A stretch of 64,000 nt of DNA from Acidimicrobiales bacterium (GTDB lineage: Bacteria > Actinomycetota > Acidimicrobiia > Acidimicrobiales > SZUA-35): positions 62,737 through 126,736 of the forward strand of contig JAWKIN010000003.1 in assembly GCA_041394345.1 (NCBI GenBank), read 5' to 3'. Position 1 is the first letter of the stretch. Each line of letters starts with the position of its first letter. The notes under the pieces are model-generated. The model saw only the letters and a program-made list of their open reading frames with translations, ran no database searches and had not been told where the DNA came from. Position numbers and translations under genes: made by a program. Positions 1-6,928 of the stretch are shown here, one piece after another.

Positions 1-236
1 TCGGGTGAGTGCTTGTCGTAGCCGAGATGTTCTTCCATCTCGACCTCGAGGCCAGCTTCGAGGACCTGTTTGGTCAGTTTGCCGAGCAGGCCCCCAGGGC
101 CGACCAGATCGACCCCGTCGGCACGGGCTTGTTCGACGAGCTGCTCGGCGATCGATGGATCAACCTGCCTTGGCAGCTCCAGTTCGGTTTCATCATTCAT
201 CTTCGGTGCCATCACGGCACCATCATCATTCATCAT
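1..236 (-). CDS. IS256-family (Mutator-type) transposase, first 78 codons; gene runs off the left edge of the window
   Basis: My reverse translation from ATG at 236 gives MMNDDGAVMAPKMNDETELELPRQVDPSIAEQLVEQARADGVDLVGPGGLLGKLTKQVLEAGLEVEMEEHLGYDKHSP. The GPGGLL..LTK.VLE..LE.EM..HLGYDKH block is the conserved N-terminal region of IS256/Mutator transposases. It is absent from the ORF track because it is open at the edge. The plus-strand ORFs at 5..360 are antisense artefacts. Confidence 0.75.
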   Translation of the reverse strand, partial: MMNDDGAVMAPKMNDETELELPRQVDPSIAEQLVEQARADGVDLVGPGGLLGKLTKQVLEAGLEVEMEEHLGYDKHSP

Positions 237-263
237 CAGAAAGTCCTTCCGGCGAGCCTCAGC

Positions 264-1204
264 TCAACCAGTCAGACCAGACCAGATACACCGTTTTCCT
301 GACAGTCCCAGCCGCCGCGTCGTGATGAGTGGAAAGGTGGTTGATGAACCCGGTTGCTGACTGCAACGACGCCACATAGGTATCACGATCGGTCTCGGTT
401 TCGACGCATAGGCCGGGTTCGGTTGGTTCTGATGCCCACACCACGCAATGAGGGAAGGTCGGATCGATTGGTGTTGCCGGCCCTGCGGGGTTGTGCGCAA
501 CACGACGGGGATGTGAGCAACTTGGATTGGGACGCCCACACCGAATGGGTCCTGGGCGCATGGCCGGGTGACGGTGCCGTCGGCTGCTTCGAAACGGATG
601 TTCTCGAGTGTGACGCGGGCGCCTTCGTTTCCGCTGATACTGACTTGGGTGAGTTTCTCGAGCCTGATGAAGAAATCGGTGCCTGGTCCGTTGTTGGTGT
701 AGACGAGGGCGTCTGCTCGTCGTTGTTCGAGCACGGTGGGTCGGTATGGGGTTGACCAGCCGTGGGAATCGAGGCTGGCGCTGACGGTGCCGTCAGTGTT
801 CGCCCGGTAGAGATCAAAAAGAAGCAGCAAACCTTCATCCTTGGCTACCTCCATGTCGTTTGCCATGTCTTTGCCGAGCTGTTCGTAGTCGATGGATACA
901 TACGGGCTGAGCCAGCCCGGCACCAGGCCTTCAATCCTGACGCCCATATCGTCAAGTAAGTCCTCGGCGTAGGCAGCCAGGCTGTCCCATTGCCCCAGGT
1001 AGTGCTCATCGAAGTTGTCGAGTGCTTCTTCGTTTTCTGTGCCGACGATCTGAGCCCAGTGAGCGAACGCTGGGCCGTGCAGCGTGAGCCCGATAGCGAT
1101 GCGTGAGATCGTCCTGATGCTCTCATACTCATGCGGTTCGAAGGCTCCGAAGTGTTCATAGTCATGTATTGCCCATTCCTCTGCGTCTGGTTGTTTGGAT
1201 GCTC
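264..1204 (-). pseudogene. ardA: ArdA-family antirestriction protein homologue with its 5' end displaced by the IS3 element and an unassigned ~180-aa C-terminal extension
   Basis: This is ORF 264..1235 (-). Residues ~14-145 (KQPDAEEWAIHDYEHFGAF...FDEHYLGQWDSLAAYAEDLLDDMG...YVSIDYEQLGKDMANDMEVAKDEGLLLLFDLY) match the ArdA signature (EEWAIHDYE.F, YIDYE..G.D). The first ~10 codons of the called ORF (MRCHLHVQQT) are encoded by the IS3 left inverted repeat. The distal ~180 codons have no family I recognise and run toward the IS256 end. Confidence 0.55.
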
Positions 1205-1272
1205 GGGTCTGCTGCACGTGTAGGTGACATCTCACATGACTTGCCTGCGGGCTTGTCTGGAAGGATGTTCAC

Positions 1273-1566
1273 ATGCCCAAGCCCTATCCCCGCGAGTTCC
1301 GCGACGACGTGATCCGAGTCGCCCGCAACCGCGACGACGGTGTCACCCTCGAGCAGGTCGCCAAGGACTTCGGGATCCATCCGATGACCTTGTCGAATTG
1401 GATCAGCAAAGACTCGATCGATAACGGCACCAAGCCGGGTGTCACGTCGTCGGAGTCGGTGGAGAACCGTGAGCTTCGCCGGCGGGTGAAGCTCCTCGAA
1501 CAAGAGAACGAAGTGTTGCGCCGTGCCGCCGCTTATCTGTCCCAGGCGAACCTGCCGGGAAAATGA
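1273..1566 (+). CDS. IS3-family transposase OrfA (HTH plus leucine-zipper-like C-terminus)
   Basis: The 97-aa ORF reads MPKPYPREFRDDVIRVARNR...LEQVAKDFGIHPMTLSNWI...ENRELRRRVKLLEQENEVLRRAAAYL, which is the typical IS3 OrfA architecture. Confidence 0.9.
   Translation: MPKPYPREFRDDVIRVARNRDDGVTLEQVAKDFGIHPMTLSNWISKDSIDNGTKPGVTSSESVENRELRRRVKLLEQENEVLRRAAAYLSQANLPGK
1557..1563 (+). promoter_or_regulatory. Programmed -1 ribosomal frameshift heptamer G GGA AAA joining orfA to orfB
   Basis: In the orfA frame the sequence reads CCG GGA AAA TGA. The heptamer G_GGA_AAA fits X_XXY_YYZ. After a -1 slip the next codon is ATG at 1563, which is the orfB frame. Confidence 0.7.
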
Positions 1567-2438
1567 TGTTCCCGCTCGTCCGCGAGCTTGCCGCCGACGG
1601 GATCCCCGTCGCGGTGACGTGCCGGGTTCTCGATCTTTGCCGCCAGCAGTACTACCGGTGGCTGACCGCACCGGTCACCGACCAAGAACTCGACCACGCC
1701 CATCTCACCAACGCGCTCTTCGACGCCCATCGTGACGACCCCGAGTTCGGCTACCGGTTCCTCGCCGACGAGGCCCGCCAGGCCGGCCACGATGCGTGTG
1801 ACCGGACGGTGTGGCGGATCTGCGCGGACAACGGCTGGTGGTCGGTGTTCGGCAAGAAGAAGAACCGGAAGAAGTCAACGCCGGGAACACCGGCCCATGA
1901 CGATCTGGTGCGCCGCGTGTTCACCGCCGAACGGCCGAACGAACTGTGGCTCACCGATTTGACCGAGCATCGCACCGACGAAGGAAAGCTCTACCTGTGT
2001 GCGATCAAGGACGTGTTCTCGAACCGGATCGTCGGCTATTCGATCGACGATCGGATGAAGGCACGACTCGCTGTCACCGCGCTCGACAACGCCGTCGCCC
2101 GCCGCGGCGATGTCGCGGGTTGTGTCCTGCATTCGGATCGAGGGTCGCAATTTCGTGCACGGAAACTGCATCGTGCGCTCGCCCGTCATGAGATGGTCGG
2201 CTCGATGGGCCAGGTTGGTTCGGCCGGTGACAACGCAGCAATGGAATCGTTTTTCTCACTGCTGCAGAAGAACGTTCTCAACCGACGGCGCTGGGCCACA
2301 CGCGAGGAGCTGCGGATCGCGATCGTGACCTGGATCGAGCGGACCTACCACCGACGCCGCCGGCAAGCACGCCTCGGCCGATTGACCCCCATCGAATACG
2401 AAACCATCATGAACCCTCAGACAGCAATCGCTGCCTGA
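1563..2438 (+). CDS. IS3-family transposase OrfB (DDE/rve integrase core)
   Basis: The 291-aa ORF carries a DDE triad context: LWLTDLTEH, VLHSDRGSQF, NAAMESFFSLLQKN. It overlaps the orfA stop by 4 nt in the -1 frame. Confidence 0.9.
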   Translation: MMFPLVRELAADGIPVAVTCRVLDLCRQQYYRWLTAPVTDQELDHAHLTNALFDAHRDDPEFGYRFLADEARQAGHDACDRTVWRICADNGWWSVFGKKKNRKKSTPGTPAHDDLVRRVFTAERPNELWLTDLTEHRTDEGKLYLCAIKDVFSNRIVGYSIDDRMKARLAVTALDNAVARRGDVAGCVLHSDRGSQFRARKLHRALARHEMVGSMGQVGSAGDNAAMESFFSLLQKNVLNRRRWATREELRIAIVTWIERTYHRRRRQARLGRLTPIEYETIMNPQTAIAA

Positions 2439-2481
2439 TCAACCTGTCACCTGATCGTGCAGCAGACCCCAGCCCTATTCA

Positions 2482-2837
2482 ATGCGGATCAAGTCTGAGG
2501 ACAACCCCTTCAACATCGGTTTGGCGATCACCTGGCGGGTTCAGGACCCAGACAGTGATGAGCACCTGTAGCGGGTCTGGATCGCCTGTCACTTCGACGA
2601 ACCGGTACGTACCGGGATCGTCATCGGGCCGTGGTGTCTCGACCCCCACCCCAACGCAATCACGGCGTCACGCGACAAAGCAAACAAATTGACAGCCGCC
2701 GACCGAACCGAACTCGAAGAACTCGAGTTCCTCATGAACAACCCGATCAACTTGTCGCGGGAGACGACTGGCTCAAAGAACCCGTTTCGATCGTCGACCC
2801 ACGAAACTTCGTGTATCCAGACACAACGAAAGACTAA
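2482..2837 (+). pseudogene. Small hypothetical gene (in-frame TAG at 2569 and a frame change near 2745)
   Basis: It starts at ATG 2482: MRIKSEDNPFNIGLAITWRVQDPDSDEHL*RVWIACHFDEP...KLTAADRTELEELEFLMNNP. After a shift it continues DQLVAGDDWLKEPVSIVDPRNFVYPDTTKD. Its TAA (2835-2837) overlaps the ATG of the next ORF (TAATG), which suggests translational coupling. I recognise no family. Confidence 0.3.
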
Positions 2838-3019
2838 TGGCCGGGCTCCACCTCCAAGAACTCCTCATCGTCGTAGTGATAGTGTTGGCTGTCCCCTTCA
2901 CGCTCGCAGCCCTCATCATCATCTGCAGCCGCAAGAACCATCACCAACAAACTGACCCGCCAACAGACCAAGCAGTTACCCCAACCCACAGCGACGGCGA
3001 CACGACTATGAGCGCTTGA
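2837..3019 (+). CDS. Small predicted single-pass membrane protein (60 aa)
   Basis: The ORF has one hydrophobic span (LLIVVVIVLAVPFTLAALIIICS). Its start overlaps the stop of the upstream ORF. Confidence 0.35.
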   Translation: MAGLHLQELLIVVVIVLAVPFTLAALIIICSRKNHHQQTDPPTDQAVTPTHSDGDTTMSA

Positions 3020-3026
3020 TTGAATT

Positions 3027-3257
3027 GTGCTCACGGACGAGATGAGAGCCGTAGCGAAACTGAAAACCGCACAAGCAGCCGACCTCACGGTCTTGCAAGC
3101 CCAGATGTTGAAGCGTGTGCGGAACGGCAGAGACGATCGAGCGATTGACCCGCACGCAACAAAGGGCAATGGCATCCCTCGTCGAACTCGGGTACTCGAG
3201 ACAGGGCCTAGTGGCAATCTGATCGTCACACCCACAATCGCCGAGGTGCTGCAGTAG
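3027..3257 (+). CDS. Hypothetical 76-aa protein
   Basis: The ORF begins 8 nt after the preceding stop and has plausible composition (MLTDEMRAVAKLKTAQAADLTVLQAQMLKRVRNGRDD...). I recognise no family. Confidence 0.3.
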   Translation: MLTDEMRAVAKLKTAQAADLTVLQAQMLKRVRNGRDDRAIDPHATKGNGIPRRTRVLETGPSGNLIVTPTIAEVLQ

Positions 3258-3289
3258 CGCGGTCCCACGCCTTGGGTGGGCGGCACCCA

Positions 3290-3634
3290 CCTTGGCAGGG
3301 TCGTGATGTCTGGGAGGATCAGTGACCTCCCCAACACAAGCCCCCACATGAAATAGTCTTCGACCGTCATCGGCAACTCGCCGGTGATTTTTCGACGTAG
3401 ATAAACCACAGGTGCATTCAACGCTTCAGCGAAATCTGGCGTTGTCCATTCGAGCTCGACGAATAGTCTTCGCACCTCGATCACGGCTCGGTGCTGTTGG
3501 AAGGCCGCCATCGAGCGTGCCTTCTCCACACGATCTGCTTGCTCGTCCCAGAGCGCGGCAGAATCCCGCCCGAACAGGGCGGGATTCTTCATGTAGGTCC
3601 TTGGTTCAAATCGTGACCGTGTCATGCGTGACAT
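3290..3634 (-). CDS. XRE-like helix-turn-helix protein; 3' boundary undefined
   Basis: This is the N-terminal ~115 codons of ORF 2834..3634 (-). The segment IEVRRLFVELEWTTPDFAEALNAPVVYLRRKITGELPMTVEDYFMWGLVLG fits an HTH_XRE layout. The remaining ~150 codons are Cys/Trp-rich, overlap the plus-strand cassette and look non-coding, so a lost stop or frameshift is likely. A strong hairpin (3561-3587) lies inside the first 25 codons, so the true start may be a downstream Met. Confidence 0.4.
3561..3587. terminator. Strong GC hairpin (11-bp stem, 5-nt loop), possible nrdJ / cassette terminator
   Basis: The hairpin is GAATCCCGCCC-gaaca-GGGCGGGATTC. It lies about 130 nt downstream of the nrdJ stop on the minus strand. 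The T-tract is weak (TTC on the plus strand). Confidence 0.35.
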
Positions 3635-3697
3635 CCGTGACCGGATTTGGACATCGCGTGACCGGATTCTGACATTCAGTGACCAGAACCCGGTGAC
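3613..3697 (+). repeat. Array of six same-orientation GTGAC-core repeats, including a 19-bp direct repeat with 21-bp phasing
   Basis: GTGAC occurs at 3613, 3628, 3637, 3658, 3679 and 3693. CGTGACCGGATTTGGACAT (3636-3654) and CGTGACCGGATTCTGACAT (3657-3675) share 17/19 positions. The array sits in the intergenic gap between the nrdJ stop (3716) and the XRE-like gene start (3634). Confidence 0.65.
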
Positions 3698-3715
3698 ACG
3701 AGATGACCGTTCACA

Positions 3716-6521
3716 CTAGCTACAGCCGCTGGTGTTGCCGCAGTCGGGGCACGCATGACAGGACCCAGCACGCTGCATCTTGATGCCGCACTGCATGCAG
3801 ATCGGTGCATGCGGGTCACTGACGGGCGCTGAGCTGTGCCCGGTTGCCGCTTCCTTGGCGACGAGGTCAATCATCGCCGCCGGCGACTCGATCGACGGCT
3901 TGTCGACCGGCAGCTCACTACCTTGCACCGTGGAGGCCTCTTCGACGCCCGGCAGGGTCTGCTGGGTGCGCTCGGAGGTGGTGAAAATACCAAGGTCGGC
4001 GCGCTCTTCGTAGGGGATGTAGAGCACGGCAAGCTTGCGGAACAGGTAGTCGATGATCGAGGTCGCGATACGAATATCAGGATCATCGGTCATGCCAGCT
4101 GGCTCGAACCGCATGCCAGTGAACGTCTCGACGAAGTTGCGCAAGGGCACGCCGTACTGAAGGCCATGGCTCAGAGAAATAGCAAGCGCATCCATGATGC
4201 CCGCCAACGTTGAACCCTGCTTGGAGACCCGAAGGAAGACCTCGCCGGGGCGCCCGTCCTCGTATTCGCCAACCGTGACGAACCCTTTGCAGTCGGCGAC
4301 GCGGAACTCGAAGGTTCGCGACGAACGGTTGCGAGGGAGGCGCTCACGAACGGGCTTGTAGACAACCTTCTCAAGTACCTCGGTGACCTTGATCGCCGCA
4401 TCGGCGACACCAGCGGCCGCCGCTGGCGTAGCGTCGTCCTTCTTGGCCGTCGAGAGAGGCTGGCCGACCTTGCAGTTGTCGCGATAGATGGCGACGGCCT
4501 TGACACCCATGCGCCACGCATCCATGTGGAGTTGCTCGACGTCTTCGACGGTTGCGTCCTCTGGCATGTTGACCGTCTTGGAGATGGCGCCCGAGATGAA
4601 CGGCTGCACGGCAGCCATCATCTTGACGTGGCCGAGGTAGTGGATCGTGTTGTCGCCCATTGAGCAGGCGAACACGTCAACGTGCTCAGGCTTGAGGTGT
4701 GGCGCACCCATGATCGACTTATTGAGGTCGAGGTAGGCCGCAATCTCAACGATCTGACTATCGCTGTAGCCCAAGCGTCGCAAGGCACGCGGCACCGACT
4801 GATTGACAATGGTCATCGTGCCGCCGCCGACCAACTTCTTCATCTTCATGAGGCCGAGGTCGGGCTCGATGCCCGTCGTGTCGCAGTCCATCAGCAGACC
4901 GATGGTGCCCGTTGGGGCCAGCACCGTCGCCTGGGCGTTGCGCACACCGACCTGGAGGCGCCAGCTCACAGGTTGCGTCCCATGCTTCTTGGGCCGCACC
5001 GAGGATGTCGACCGGGGCGAGCCTTTCGTCGATATCGGCGGTGGCCGAACGGTGCTGTTCGAGCACTCGCAACATCGGCTCACGGTTGACTCATAGGCCG
5101 GCATGGACCCATGCGAGCAGCCGTCTTGACGGAGGTGGGAGATAGGCGTGGCCCGTCAGCCGTGGAGCGTGGGCGGGCGTAGGCGCGGCCCGCTTCGGAG
5201 TCGTAGGCCAAATGAGGTTCATCAGCAAGGCGCCGATGTTGGCATATTGAGGCCGAGTTGACGGAATTGGCGAGAGGTCTCACCGTGATGCCTTCTGTCG
5301 GGTAGTCGGCTCGGCCAACGAGGATCTCCTGAGCAGAAGAAATGCTCGATCGCCACCTTGTAGCCCTCAACGTTGAACGTGTCGTCGTCGTTGGTGAAGC
5401 CCATGAGGTTGAGGCTGGCGAGATTGCACGCCGAGTTGTCGAGGTGCATGTATTCGCTGCACGGGTTGGAGCCGTTGATCTTGCCGGTCACCGCCGAGGT
5501 GTGCCAGCGGTTGATCGTCGAGTCGAACTGCATGCCCGGATCAGCACATTCCCAGCTGGCCTGGGAGATCTGGCGTGATCAGCTCACGGGCCTTGACGAC
5601 TCGGACAACGTCGCCCGTCGTACGGGCGATGAGTTTCCAGTCGCCATCGGCTTCGACGGCTTCCATGAATTCGTCGGTGACCCGGATGGAGTTGTTGGCG
5701 TTTTGATATTGGATCGAGTGGCTGTCGGCGCCATCATCCATGTCGAAACCGGCGTCGCCGAGGACGCGGGCCTTGCGTTCCTTCAATGGCCTTGCACCAG
5801 AGGAACTTTCGATTGGAAACGATCGACGTCGAGCATGACCATCTTGGCAGCCCGACGTGTCTTTCCGCCGTCTACGGTGCCGAGCCGACGAGTCGGCGCC
5901 ACGCATGAAGCTGACGGGCCCCGACGCAGTGCCACCACCCTTGAGCAGTTCGTAGCTCGAGCGGGATCTTCGAAAGGTTGACACCAGCACCGAGCCACCC
6001 TTAAAGATGGAAGCCTTCCTCGACGTACCAGTTGAGAATTGCGTCCATCTTGTCGTCGACGGCCAGATGAAACAGGCGGAGTGCTTGCTGGGGCACGCCC
6101 TCGACGCCGATGTTGAACCAGACGGGTGAGTTGAACGCACCCTTTGGTGGATGATGAGGTACTTCAACTCGTCGGAGCAGATCTGGGCCTCGTCCTCGCT
6201 CACTGTGAAGTAGCCGCCCTCACGGCCCCACGCAGTGATGGTGTCGACAACCCGGTCGGCCACGGTCTTGAGTGACGACTCGCGCTCTGGAGTTCCTGGA
6301 TTACCACGGAAGTACTTCTGGGCGAGGATGTTGGTGGCGTTTACCGACCAAGTTGACGGGACCTCGACGCCCAACTGTTCGAAGGCCACCTCGCCCGTCT
6401 TCCAATTGGAGATGCGAGCGTCACGCTTCTCCCAGATCACGGTGTCGTACGGATGGATGCCTTCGGTGGTGAAGTGGCGGCGGAGGACCAATACCGGTCT
6501 GCTTTCGGGGGCAAGTGTCAT
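3716..6521 (-). pseudogene. nrdJ: Class II (adenosylcobalamin-dependent) ribonucleotide reductase NrdJ, at least 4 frame changes as sequenced
   Basis: ORF 3716..5104 ends ...[30 protein letters not shown] 5222..5533 carries the active-site motif NPCSEYMHLDNSACNLASLNL. ORF 5783..5998 carries GGKTRRAAKMVMLDVD. ORF 5541..6908 carries the N-terminus from ATG 6521 (MTLAPESRPVLVLRRHFTTEGIHPYD..ILAQKYFRG..SACFI..IFKGGS..LKGGGTASGPVSFMRGAD..QYQNANNSIRVTDEFM). GGAAG lies 8 nt upstream of the ATG. Confidence 0.9.
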
Positions 6522-6649
6522 TACAACTTCCTGGAATGAGTCCTGAGGGACTCGATATGTGAGGGAAGGTAGCGCCACCGGGCCACGTCGTTGTGGCTGC
6601 GATGTCGATACCAATGATGTCGCTTCCGGACAAGGTGTCCGGCTGGGGG

Positions 6650-6713
6650 GTGACGTGGAAAAGTGACGTGTCGGAAAGTGACGTGTCGGGCTGGTAGTGA
6701 CGGAGGACGTCAC
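6650..6713 (+). repeat. GTGACG/ACGTCAC repeat cluster in the nrdJ 5' leader
   Basis: GTGACG occurs at 6650, 6663, 6678 and 6697, with inverted CGTCAC at 6708. There is a perfect tandem AAGTGACGTGTCGG at 6661-6674 and 6676-6689 (15-bp period). GTGACG-gagga-CGTCAC forms a 6-bp hairpin at 6697-6713. Confidence 0.65.
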
Positions 6714-6822
6714 AACACACGAGGTCGCAGTCGAACAGGTCGCGGAGGGTGCTGATCCGGTGAGGGAGGGGACACAATCTGCAGATGACTTGTTCTTCGG
6801 CGGGGACAGAAAGAGAGCGAGC

Positions 6823-6861
6823 GGTGAAACGAAACATGCAGCTACCGGAGGTGGCTGCATG
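6823..6861 (-). terminator. Hairpin plus T-tract in the nrdJ leader (candidate attenuator)
   Basis: The minus strand reads CATGCAGC-cacctccggta-GCTGCATG followed by TTTCGTTTC. It has an 8-bp stem and lies about 50-90 nt downstream of the NrdR box and about 300 nt upstream of the nrdJ ATG. Confidence 0.35.
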
Positions 6862-6912
6862 TGGCCAAGACTGAACGTTCGATTCTTTCGCCGGGGGGAC
6901 GAAAGCACTGAA

Positions 6913-6928
6913 ACACTACATCTTGTGT
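6913..6928. promoter_or_regulatory. NrdR box
   Basis: ACACTACATCTTGTGT matches 14/16 positions of the published NrdR consensus acaCwAtATaTwgtgt. It lies upstream of nrdJ, and nrdR itself is encoded at 13999..14469. A second, poor candidate (ACACTAGATGGAGTAG, 6954-6969) is not convincing. Confidence 0.55.

Larger units (their letters stand above)
1205..2469 (+). mobile_element. IS3-family insertion sequence, 1265 bp, apparently intact
   Basis: The terminal inverted repeats are GGGTCTGCTGCACGTGTAGGTGACA (1205-1229) and the reverse complement of 2445-2469, GGGTCTGCTGCACGATCAGGTGACA (22/25 identical). They enclose overlapping orfA and orfB with a -1 frameshift heptamer. I could not identify clear target-site duplications. 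Confidence 0.85.

Noticed and set aside
5-360. Three overlapping plus-strand ORFs at the left edge
   Set aside because: They are antisense to a clear IS256-type transposase N-terminus, and their Arg/Pro/Ser-rich composition is typical of GC-rich shadow ORFs.
2834-3289. The C-terminal 150 codons of the minus-strand ORF 2834..3634 as real coding sequence
   Set aside because: The composition is Cys/Trp-rich and non-protein-like, and the region fully overlaps a plus-strand cassette with TAATG coupling.
3596-3625. tRNA T-loop-like string GGTTCAAATC near the island boundary (possible tRNA att site)
   Set aside because: The flanking bases do not form a T-stem or acceptor stem, and no anticodon arm can be drawn. 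The string lies in the XRE-like ORF.
5541-6908. N-terminal 129 codons of ORF 5541..6908 as an NrdJ extension
   Set aside because: The upstream part is low-complexity Ser/Pro/Thr translated from the repeat-containing leader. The canonical NrdJ N-terminus starts at ATG 6521 with a GGAAG ribosome-binding site.
6522-6912. Cobalamin riboswitch in the nrdJ leader
   Set aside because: NrdJ uses B12 as a cofactor, but I found no B12-box (AGYCMGGnGACC-like), GCCACUG or GGGAA/GGUG core elements. The leader is pyrimidine-rich with unrelated repeats.
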